The position numbers and the translations under genes were made by a program. 64,000 nucleotides of DNA from Armatimonadota bacterium (GTDB lineage: Bacteria > Armatimonadota > HRBIN16), in the NCBI GenBank assembly GCA_963677485.1, contig OY781964.1:3584001-3648000 (forward strand), written 5' to 3'. The notes below the pieces were generated by a model that saw only the letters and a list, made by a program, of their open reading frames with translations, made no database searches and was not told where the DNA came from. Of the stretch, positions 1 through 10,161 are shown piece after piece; the stretch's first letter is position 1; the number at the start of each line of letters is the position of its first letter.

Positions 1-2
1 CC

Positions 3-734
3 GGCAAGACAGACGACAAGCCGTATCTTCACAAATACAAAGGCAATTACTATCTTTCCTGGGGATGCTTCTACGCGATGTCCGATAGCGTCTACGGTCC
101 ATATACTTATAAAGGCTCCGTGATCGTGGAAAGCCGCACCTCACCCGAGTTTCAAAAGGGGCTGACAATGGACCGTCACGGCTGCTTCTTCGAGCTCTAC
201 AACCAATGGTATTTCATGTGCAATGATCAGAGCTGGCCTGGCAGCCACGGAGTGTTTCGAAACTCGGTGATCTGCTATGTTCACTACCGTGACAACGGTG
301 AGATTGAACCCGTCACGCTGGACTCTGTAGGAGTGGGAGAATATGATGCGGCCAATGGGCGCATCGAGGCGGAGAACTACTTCAAGGCGGTGAACACCAC
401 CAAGCGACAGTCACCTGAGGGCGGATTTGAGATCAAGGGCATTCGGGAGAACAGCCGTCTGGTGTATCCCCGTGTGAGGAATATACCCGCCAACTGCTCG
501 ATGAAGTTCCACGTGGCCTCAGCAGCTCTGCAGGGGGGCGTCATAGAGGTGCGTGCAAGCGGTTTCCGGGGCAAGTTGCTGGGCCGATGTCAGGTGCCGT
601 ATACCGGAGGATGGACCAGTTACAAGACCGTCGAGTGCAAGCTTAAAAACACGGCAGAGAAAATGGACATTGCCCTGGTATTTAAAGGTCAAGGGGCTGA
701 GCTGATGAGGCTTGACTGGATGAGCTTCGACTAG
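3..734 (+). CDS. GH43-like glycoside hydrolase with C-terminal CBM6 (5' end outside window)
   Basis: Frame is open from base 3 (GKTDDKPYLHKYKGNYYLSWG). The C-terminal IEAENY...TGGW...LVFKG...LDW segment is typical of CBM6. Confidence 0.8.
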   Translation, partial: GKTDDKPYLHKYKGNYYLSWGCFYAMSDSVYGPYTYKGSVIVESRTSPEFQKGLTMDRHGCFFELYNQWYFMCNDQSWPGSHGVFRNSVICYVHYRDNGEIEPVTLDSVGVGEYDAANGRIEAENYFKAVNTTKRQSPEGGFEIKGIRENSRLVYPRVRNIPANCSMKFHVASAALQGGVIEVRASGFRGKLLGRCQVPYTGGWTSYKTVECKLKNTAEKMDIALVFKGQGAELMRLDWMSFD

Positions 735-796
735 GCACACCAAACCAAATTTACAATGGGTTTCCAGCATAGTTTGGGGGGTGCCGTGCAGTATCG

Positions 797-1741
797 CTAC
801 GTGGCCCAGTTGACCCCAGTCAAATTCACATTTTCCAGGTTGACACCGCGCAGGTTGGCACGGTGTAGATGCGCCTTATTCAAGTTGGCTCCGTCCAAGT
901 TGGCTCCTACGAGACTAATACCGGCCAGCTTGGCGTTGCTAAGGTCCACATTGGACAGGTTTGCTTTAGAAAAATCTGCACAGTGAAGATTGGCGTAGTG
1001 CAGTATCGCATGGCTCAGATCTGCACCTTCCATACAAACGCCGCTCAGGTTGGCGCAATGTAGAACGGCATCACGAAGATTCGCACCGTGTAAGTCGGCA
1101 TCACTCAGATTCGTGTGCTCCATTTTAGCGCGTTCAAGTGTGCAGCCGCTTAGGGTGGTGCCATGCATATCAGATTGAGACAGATTGGCATCCTCGAAGT
1201 TGGCGCTCACCAAGTTCGCGCTGGTGAGGTTTGAGTCTTCCAGTTTCGCGTTGCTCAGGTTCGCACCTTGTAGATTAGCACCGGTCAGATTAGCAAAGTT
1301 GAGCCACGCACCGCACAGTTGGGCATCACGTAAATCAGCACCACTCAGATCAGCTCCAACCAGATTCGCCTCGGTCAAGTCAGCACCCTTGAGGCAGGCG
1401 TTGATCATCCGCGTATTACTTAAATTGGCTTTGCGAAGGTTGGCGTTAGAGATATTAGCTTCCGACAGGTCCGCCCTGATTAACTTAGTGCTCTCTAAAT
1501 TGGCTTTAGTGAGATTGGCACCACGTAAATCGGCACCCCACATCTGAGCCGATTCCAAGTTGGCATTTGCCAGCATCGCGCCTTTTAGATTGGCATCGGG
1601 CAGGTCGGCATGGGCTAAAACCACACCCTTCAGGTTAGCGGTATGTAGTTCGTTTTTGCTAGTCTGTATTGCGGTCAGGATATCCTGGTAATCACCGGTC
1701 ACGATGACTGCATTGTTCGTGTCCTTAATTTCTATCTGCAT
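797..1741 (-). CDS. Pentapeptide repeat protein
   Basis: About 55 uninterrupted A(D/N)LXX repeats after a short N-terminal cap. Confidence 0.95.
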   Translation of the reverse strand: MQIEIKDTNNAVIVTGDYQDILTAIQTSKNELHTANLKGVVLAHADLPDANLKGAMLANANLESAQMWGADLRGANLTKANLESTKLIRADLSEANISNANLRKANLSNTRMINACLKGADLTEANLVGADLSGADLRDAQLCGAWLNFANLTGANLQGANLSNAKLEDSNLTSANLVSANFEDANLSQSDMHGTTLSGCTLERAKMEHTNLSDADLHGANLRDAVLHCANLSGVCMEGADLSHAILHYANLHCADFSKANLSNVDLSNAKLAGISLVGANLDGANLNKAHLHRANLRGVNLENVNLTGVNWAT

Positions 1742-1996
1742 CTATCTTCATTCTGCCTTGTGTGTGTTCCGCTCATGCTGTGGTTCGAGACTTCACAAAC
1801 TCTACCGCAGACGCATGATCCGTTGCCTGCATGTGCCGAATAAAACATTATACCCTAATACATATAGTTTACACCATAAGTCCGAAAATGACAAGCTGAC
1901 GCCTGCTGAGGGGGTACGGTTGCTTGTCAGCTTAGGACACACGAATAGCTATGGCCTACTTCTTGGGTTCCGGGAGGAACCGAATCCGCCGGAATA

Positions 1997-2031
1997 GTCT
2001 GAACCACGGATTACGCGGATGACACAGATGG
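1997..2031 (+). repeat. Dispersed repeat module GTCTGAACCACGGATTACRCGGAT (9-bp period)
   Basis: Same motif at 29889-29934 (+), 30046-30091 (-) and 40869-40892 (-). Confidence 0.85.
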
Positions 2032-2155
2032 AGCGGGATGATGGCGGACGCATTTCAGGCTGCTTCAACAGTCTTGTCAGTTAGTAATCGGGGACGCCCC
2101 GATAGTTCAGTTACAGCCTGGGCTGCCGTGCAAGCACGGGCCGATGCTTGGTGTT

Positions 2156-2227
2156 CAATAGCCGAGACATTTATGTCGCGGAACCGGTGACCTACTGGCC
2201 ATGCGATATTTGCGGGTAATAGACTGA
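2156..2227 (+). repeat. AATAGCC-hairpin REP-like element with conserved tail
   Basis: 2169-2227 matches 47286-47344 with 2 mismatches in 59 bp. The head CAATAGCCGAGACATTTATGTCGCGG recurs at 56105-56130. Confidence 0.85.
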
Positions 2228-2269
2228 CATTGATGTCGCGGCATGGGTGATGGCCATAATTCCCATACC

Positions 2270-2304
2270 AAAAAAAGCCCCGGGTGGAAAAATCCACCCG
2301 GGGC
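2270..2304 (-). terminator. Rho-independent terminator of groESL
   Basis: GCCCCGGGTGGA-loop-TCCACCCGGGGC hairpin followed by a U7 tract on the minus strand. Confidence 0.9.
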
Positions 2305-2354
2305 GAAACCTGCGGGGTTAGCCGCCGGTCTGATAACCCTCTGCTGGTGCAGAG

Positions 2355-4297
<1,943 letters not shown>

Positions 4298-4355
4298 CGC
4301 TGTTACCTCCTTGTGGTTACGGGATTGCTCCCATTTGGTTGTGTCACTAATCATG

Positions 4356-4382
4356 TTAGCACTCTCGATGTCTGAGTGCCAA
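4356..4382. promoter_or_regulatory. CIRCE operator (HrcA site)
   Basis: TTAGCACTC-N9-GAGTGCCAA, one mismatch to the CIRCE consensus, upstream of groES. Confidence 0.97.
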
Positions 4383-4386
4383 TAGT

Positions 4387-4415
4387 TTTATACCACGCCA
4401 TTTAACATGAGTCAA
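4387..4415 (-). promoter_or_regulatory. Sigma70 promoter of groESL
   Basis: TTGACT-17 bp-TATAAA with a TG extension, directly upstream of the CIRCE. Confidence 0.85.
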
Positions 4416-4480
4416 GTATTGTCAAGTGAATTGAGAGATATTTGGAAGGATGCGTGTTTTTAGTGTGAAAACCAGTGAAA

Positions 4481-4590
4481 ATACCTGATATGTCGACGAA
4501 ATGGCGAATCATCGACACTAGGTGTGTAATATGTCGATAGCGTCGACATATACGGGATGATATGTCGAAGAAACGCCATTTCGTCGATAT
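4481..4590. repeat. Direct repeat downstream of fic (GTCGAC-core palindrome array)
   Basis: Aligns without gaps to 5731-5840 (offset 1250, 9 mismatches in 110 bp by hand count). Contains three palindromes. Confidence 0.95.
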
Positions 4591-4600
4591 AAGTCTGTCG

Positions 4601-5695
4601 TCAGGGCGATAACAGCTTCAAGAGCCGGTGGTTTATGTAGAGCGTCTCCCGGCCAGCAATGACCGCGGTCAGTATCTCGGCCGCCTGCAGCTCCTTCAAG
4701 TATTTGCTTGCTGTCTCACGTTTGGCGATTCCCGCTTCCACCAGGTTGCGAACCCGTGTATAGGGCAGTGTGTACACCAGTTCAATCAACTCTTTAGCGG
4801 GCGTGGTATTCTTGGTAACTTGCCGATAGAGTGCGGTTGCTCTGTCGATGTCTGCGCGGATGGCGATGATTTTGGCTAAGGTGGTACGCGATGTTTGTTC
4901 CACGGCATCAAGCATGTATAGAAGCCACGGTTCCCAAACACGTTGCTCGGTGACGGCACGAAGATTGGCGTAGTAATCAGGCCTATTCTTGATGATGTAA
5001 CCGCTGAGGTATAGAATCGGCTGTTCTAGCAGATTTTTCTGCAGCATGTACAAGATATTGAGTATCCTTCCCGTTCTGCCGTTGCCATCTGTAAAGGGAT
5101 GTATGGATTCGAACTGATAATGAATGATCGCCAGCTTTAACAGCGGGTCTGCAGAATACATCTCATCATCGTTTATGAACTGTTCGAGATTCTTAAGCAG
5201 CCGCAGGATATCCGACTGGTTATCTGGCGGCGTATAGATGACCTGACCAGTGATCTGGTTAGCGATCACTGTTCCTGGCATCGTCCTGATACCGGAGTTG
5301 GTATTTCGGATCTTCTGCACAATATGTACAAACGTGTTGGTTGTGATGAGTTGGTGTTGCTGCAGCTCCTGGTAACCCTCCCACAAAGCGGTTTGATAGC
5401 GGATTACCTCTTTGGTTGCGGGATCAGTTCCGTTAGTCTCAGGATTGGCCAGAGCCTTATACAATGAATCCGTCGTCGTGACGATGTTCTCTATCTCGGA
5501 ACTATCACGCGCTTCCTGCAAGGCGATGGTATTCAATAACACCTTTTGGTTTGGGATCAGCTCTCCAGAGCCTTTCAGCTCCGCTAACGCTCTGGAGGCG
5601 GTTGCGAGTTTACGCAGCACAGGGATGGTCTCGATTTGCTCCTTTGGCGGAAGCTCAGAAAGCTCGTTGAAAGCAATAGACGGATCGAAGCTCAT
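4601..5695 (-). CDS. Class II Fic-family AMPylase (SoFic-like) with putative C-terminal HTH
   Basis: Canonical Fic motif HPFTDGNGRTGR; N-terminal inhibitory motif SSEIEN; C-terminal GIAKRETASKYLKEL helix. ATG 5695 follows AGGTGA. Confidence 0.93.
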   Translation of the reverse strand: MSFDPSIAFNELSELPPKEQIETIPVLRKLATASRALAELKGSGELIPNQKVLLNTIALQEARDSSEIENIVTTTDSLYKALANPETNGTDPATKEVIRYQTALWEGYQELQQHQLITTNTFVHIVQKIRNTNSGIRTMPGTVIANQITGQVIYTPPDNQSDILRLLKNLEQFINDDEMYSADPLLKLAIIHYQFESIHPFTDGNGRTGRILNILYMLQKNLLEQPILYLSGYIIKNRPDYYANLRAVTEQRVWEPWLLYMLDAVEQTSRTTLAKIIAIRADIDRATALYRQVTKNTTPAKELIELVYTLPYTRVRNLVEAGIAKRETASKYLKELQAAEILTAVIAGRETLYINHRLLKLLSP

Positions 5696-5730
5696 TTGAC
5701 TCACCTGTCGGCATATATACTACATCAGTT

Positions 5731-5872
5731 ATACCTGATATGTCGACGAAATGACGAATCGTCGACATTAGGTGTGTAATATGTCGATAGCGTCGACATA
5801 TGCGGGATGATATGTCGACGAAAGACAATTTCGTCGACATGACTCTGACCACATGTCGATGGTGTCGACATA
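5731..5872. repeat. Direct repeat upstream of fic (four GTCGAC-core palindromes)
   Basis: Long ATGTCGACGAAA-N-WTCGTCGACAT and short ATGTCGAT-N3-GTCGACAT palindromes alternate with about 72-bp period. Confidence 0.95.
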
Positions 5873-5952
5873 TCATACAAGCACACCCCGAAACGAATCA
5901 GGCCCTCTGCACGGTAAAATGAGGGTAGAAGACGAATGCAGGAGGGTGTATA

Positions 5953-6525
5953 TTGAAGCGGATTATCATCGGGGTGACCGGAGCCAGTGGGGCGATTTAC
6001 GCGGCCCGGTTGGTCGCATTACTGGCACCACTGGTGGACCGATTGCTGGTGGTGCCTACACCCACCGCGTGGAAGGTCTGTGATTATGAAATGCCTGACC
6101 TTAATCCGCTGGAGCCCATGAACCTTCCTGCGAATGCCACGCTCTATCAAAGTGATGAGCTGTTTGCGCCTCCCGCCAGTGGTAGTTACCACCATGACGG
6201 TATGGTGGTGATCCCCTGCAGCATGGGCAGTGTGGGCAAGATCGCGAATGGGATCGCCGATAACCTGCTGTGCCGCGCGGCTGATGTCACGTTGAAGGAG
6301 CGTCGCCCGCTTATTATCGTGCCGCGTGAGGCGCCGCTGGGGATTATCCACTTGCGCAACCTGACGAAACTTGCGGAAGCTGGCGCATGCATCATACCCG
6401 CCTGCCCCAGCTTTTACCGGCATCCAAAAAGCGTGACAGAGGTCGTAGATAGCGTGGTGCATCGCGTGATGTGCCAACTGGGTGTAACCCCACCAGGTCT
6501 ACCTGAGTGGGGCGATGATATCTAA
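5953..6525 (+). CDS. ubiX: Flavin prenyltransferase UbiX
   Basis: GVTGASG, ASGS, PCSMG, LKERRPL and PREAP motifs. Confidence 0.95.
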   Translation: MKRIIIGVTGASGAIYAARLVALLAPLVDRLLVVPTPTAWKVCDYEMPDLNPLEPMNLPANATLYQSDELFAPPASGSYHHDGMVVIPCSMGSVGKIANGIADNLLCRAADVTLKERRPLIIVPREAPLGIIHLRNLTKLAEAGACIIPACPSFYRHPKSVTEVVDSVVHRVMCQLGVTPPGLPEWGDDI

Positions 6526-6539
6526 AATGGAGAACTAAG

Positions 6540-7718
6540 ATGATACATGCAGGAGAGCGAAAAGTGAATGATTGGAACAAGGAAGTAAATGTACGCTTGC
6601 GTCCCAAGTCCATACTATCTGGACTGGTTCTGGTCATCATTGCATTGGCTGTAGGCTATCTGGCGGGCGCATTTAACCGACAACCTGATCTGCCGATTCT
6701 CAACGGAAGCCGTGCGATTGCCGCTGGGGCACCAGATTTTCGAACAGTGGCAAAGTCGGCACTGCCGTCGGTGGTGAACATCAAGAGCGCGACTGTGATC
6801 CAGGGCCGTCGGTCGCCCATGGCTGATGACCCGTTCTTTCAGTTCTTCTTCGGCGACCGCGGTGAGATGCGTATCCCAGACCGAGTCCAGCAGAGCCTGG
6901 GTTCCGGCGTGATCGTCAGCAAAGACGGTCTGATACTCACCAATAACCACGTGGTGAATGGTGCCACCCAGATTCAGGTGACGCTGTCCGACGGCCGCAG
7001 CATGGAAGCGAAACTGGTCGGAACCGACCCTGGCGTTGATCTGGCCTTGCTTCAAATCAAAGCCAACGACTTACCCGCCATCACCTGGGCTGACAGCTCC
7101 AAGGCTGAGGTGGGGGAGTGGGTTCTGGCCATCGGCGCACCGTTTGGGCTGAAATCCAGCGTGACGGTAGGCATTGTCAGCGCAAAAGGCCGCAGCGATG
7201 TGGGCATCAATCTGTTCGAAGACTTCATCCAGACCGATGCCGCCATCAACCCTGGTAATAGCGGCGGCGCCTTAGTGAACTCACAAGGTGAACTGGTGGG
7301 TATCAACACCGCCATCTTTAGTCAAAGCGGAGGCAGCGTGGGTATCGGATTTGCGATTCCAAGCCGTCTGGCCCAGCAGACTATGGGTATTTTGTTGAAG
7401 AATGGCAAGGTCACGCGAGGATGGTTGGGCATTATTCCATCGGATGACGCTGATGTGCCGGTCAGTGGCGTGGTGGTGGCGAACCTGTTCCGCGATAGTC
7501 CTGCGGACAAGGTCTCCGTGCGACCAGGCGACATTATCGTGAAGGTCGACAATAAGGCCTTCAAGACCAGCGGCGAAATGAAAAGCTACATCATCGCTAA
7601 GAAGGCTGGCGAGAAGGTCAGCTTGACCGTAAAACGCGGCAGCCAGTCAGCCACGGTAGAGGTTCCTGTGATGGACCACCCGTTTGACAGTTCAGGCCGT
7701 GCCGTGCCGGGGTTGTAA
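6540..7718 (+). CDS. htrA: HtrA/DegP-family serine protease with one PDZ domain
   Basis: LTNNHV, TDAAINPGNSGG, N-terminal TM anchor, C-terminal PDZ. Exact start is uncertain. Confidence 0.93.
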   Translation: MIHAGERKVNDWNKEVNVRLRPKSILSGLVLVIIALAVGYLAGAFNRQPDLPILNGSRAIAAGAPDFRTVAKSALPSVVNIKSATVIQGRRSPMADDPFFQFFFGDRGEMRIPDRVQQSLGSGVIVSKDGLILTNNHVVNGATQIQVTLSDGRSMEAKLVGTDPGVDLALLQIKANDLPAITWADSSKAEVGEWVLAIGAPFGLKSSVTVGIVSAKGRSDVGINLFEDFIQTDAAINPGNSGGALVNSQGELVGINTAIFSQSGGSVGIGFAIPSRLAQQTMGILLKNGKVTRGWLGIIPSDDADVPVSGVVVANLFRDSPADKVSVRPGDIIVKVDNKAFKTSGEMKSYIIAKKAGEKVSLTVKRGSQSATVEVPVMDHPFDSSGRAVPGL

Positions 7719-7739
7719 CATCCGCTGCGACTGATCGAG

Positions 7740-7773
7740 CAGACGGATCGGGCCGATTGGACCGATCCGTCTG
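7740..7773. terminator. Hairpin between convergent genes
   Basis: CAGACGGATCGG-N10-CCGATCCGTCTG; related to the 9-bp GGATCGGAC-type module. Confidence 0.6.
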
Positions 7774-7784
7774 AGGTTGTGTGG

Positions 7785-8989
7785 CTACTTCCGCTTGCGC
7801 CAGGCCTTGATGGCGCTTGCCAGGTCGTTCAGCCGAGTGCAGTCGGGCTTCTTTGGGTTCAGAGCTTTCCCGATGATGGGGCAGAGGAACCCGCCCTCGC
7901 TGTGCTCATTCCAGGCGTAGATCAGCACGCTGTTCGCCTCGCACTTGGCCGGATTCGCCTTGATATACTCAAAGGCGTTCGTCAGCAGTTTGCCGATCTC
8001 ATCCGGTTTTGGCTCTTGATACCACAACGCAGCGGGATTACGGGGCCGGTCATCTACGCCTGAGAGTAGCGGTACTACCACTTTGCGGGCACCACCACCC
8101 ATATCACCATTCTCCAGGAAATCCTTCTTGATGTTCCCCAAAGGCTGCTGTATGGCGGCCCCTGTTTCGTGGCACCAAAGGCACCCCGGTAGGCACTTAC
8201 TGCATCCAGACCCGCTTCGTCGATGTAGCGCGCGGCCCAGATTCCACCGGAATTCATACCCACGATATATGGATTACCCAATCCAGCCGACTGCACCTGT
8301 TGCCGGAGATACAGAATCGCCAGTTTAAGCTGATCAATCTTGTAGTCTTTATCGCCCAGTCTTTCCGAGAACTCATCTGGTCCCATGATGTATAATAGCG
8401 GTCGGTTCCCCAGTACCTTCTGGTAAGTGGGTTCTCTCATCAGGCTAATGTATTCCGCGACCGTGTTGTGCCAGTCTGACCAGGTCGTATCTGGGCCGCT
8501 TGTTGGTAGTCCCGATCCAATAAGCCCACCCAGGCAGATTAACGAGAATCCAATGCGCTTTTTCAGAGGGCTATCTAGATAGGCCTGCAGGTTATTTCGG
8601 AGCTGCCAACCATCACCTTTACTCTTTAGGTAGTGGCAGAAGGCCCAGTAGTCGATGCCAGCATCGGCAGCGTAGCGGATTTCCTGGTTGGTGACCTTTT
8701 GAATCTCGCTCTGTGAAAATCCTGGGTTGAAGGAAAAAGGCTTCTCGGGATCGCCGGTCAGCTTCACAAACCATGGGGCCCGCCAGTGGTGTTCCGCAGG
8801 TTTGAGGAAGCCGAACTCCTGCTTTTGAGTGATCGCAGGGCTGCCGTTATAGCCATCCCAGCGGATGACGCCCACCAGTGGCGCGGTGCGAACAGGGGCT
8901 GCGGACGCGACAGCTGAGATGACGGCCGTGGCCAGGCAAAGCGTGAGTTTCAAAACCGTGGCGTAAGGTGGAATGTGGGCTGATCCCAT
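7785..8989 (-). pseudogene. Secreted GH99/GH71-like glycoside hydrolase split by a 1-bp frameshift
   Basis: The N-part (signal peptide, IRWDG, AGIDYWAF, NRPLLY) and the C-part (LIYAWNEHSEGG) join if one G is added to the G4 run at 8136-8139. Confidence 0.75.
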
Positions 8990-9020
8990 ATGGTTTCTCC
9001 TGTAGATAGGGTTGGGCGGG

Positions 9021-10040
9021 TTATATCTTGAGCTGATCGAGCTCATATTTACGGATAAGCTCACTGACATGTATCCCACAAGGGGCCACATGCTCAGCTC
9101 CAGCGTCCAGCAACCGTTGCGCCAGTTCCTCATGCCGACATCGGCAGGCGATGTGCAGTGCGGTCCATCCGAACACGTCGGGCTGGTTCAGCAACTCCGG
9201 CTGGCTCAGCAAAATCTGATCCACCAGGTCGGCATCACCTAAGAATGCGGCTTGTGGAAGGGTGACTTCGCAGTCATCGTAACAAAAGCTGAGTGCCACC
9301 GCGATGTTGATCGCCCTGGCTGGGCTTGGCTGTATAGCGAGCTGCGCCGAATGAACTCCAACGACGCCAAACTCATCTGTGGGCATGATGCCTGCGTAAT
9401 GGCACTCATAACCAAACAGTGCAGGATTGAGGCTGGCATTGATGGCACTGAGCCCTGTGAAGTCCTGATCGTAGGGATCTACTCCCAGCAAGATCAGCGC
9501 GTTCAGCACATCGTCATTGCCGTGCAGCGCGGCCAGTACGATCGGCGGGCGGCCATCTGGATCGATGTTGCGCGGATTGGCCCCGCTTAAAAGTAGCTCT
9601 TTACCGACGTTGGGGTTAAGATATCTGCAAGCGACATGCAGCGGCGCGAGGCCGGCTTCATCGCATGAATCGGTGTATGCCCCATAGCGCAGGAGAGTGC
9701 GGACACTGTCCACCGGCCCGAACTCGCATGCCAAGTGAAGGGCGGTGGTCTGAGTGCCGTCGTCACGGATGATGGGCTCTTCGATGTCAGCCCAGAATTC
9801 CATGAGCAGATCAAGAAGCTGTGGCTGGGCTGTCAATGCCAGTGGCAGCAGTGGTGTGCTCGGAGCCCCATTGCTGAGCAAATGGCGTAGGCTGAGTTCA
9901 TCATCGAGTGCGAGTGAGATCTCGGCTGCTGTCCGGCCTAACTCGTCTTGAACAGCTATCAGCTCCGGTTGATCGGCTAGCAGCGCGATGACTTGATCAC
10001 AATCTCGATTTTGGATAGCCTGAAACCAAAGCTCACTCAA
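9021..10040 (-). CDS. Ankyrin repeat protein
   Basis: GRTAA, TALHLAC, GLAPLHVAC, GRPPIVLAA and GWTALHIAC repeats. Confidence 0.9.
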   Translation of the reverse strand: MSELWFQAIQNRDCDQVIALLADQPELIAVQDELGRTAAEISLALDDELSLRHLLSNGAPSTPLLPLALTAQPQLLDLLMEFWADIEEPIIRDDGTQTTALHLACEFGPVDSVRTLLRYGAYTDSCDEAGLAPLHVACRYLNPNVGKELLLSGANPRNIDPDGRPPIVLAALHGNDDVLNALILLGVDPYDQDFTGLSAINASLNPALFGYECHYAGIMPTDEFGVVGVHSAQLAIQPSPARAINIAVALSFCYDDCEVTLPQAAFLGDADLVDQILLSQPELLNQPDVFGWTALHIACRCRHEELAQRLLDAGAEHVAPCGIHVSELIRKYELDQLKI

Positions 10041-10161
10041 ATGAATCCACTCCCCGAACTGTACTGTTTTTCGTCACCTAGTGTGCATTATACCTTCATC
10101 GTTGATGCATGACCGATCCCGATGGATAATGTAGGCACTACGGCTTTCATAGGAGAACTCA

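Noticed and set aside
1745-1850. Riboswitch upstream of the pentapeptide gene
   Set aside because: A hairpin can be drawn, but no known aptamer consensus was recognised.
4481-5872. Integron cassette with attC sites
   Set aside because: The repeats lack RYYYAAC/GTTRRRY ends, are arrays of short palindromes rather than one long hairpin, and no intI is present.
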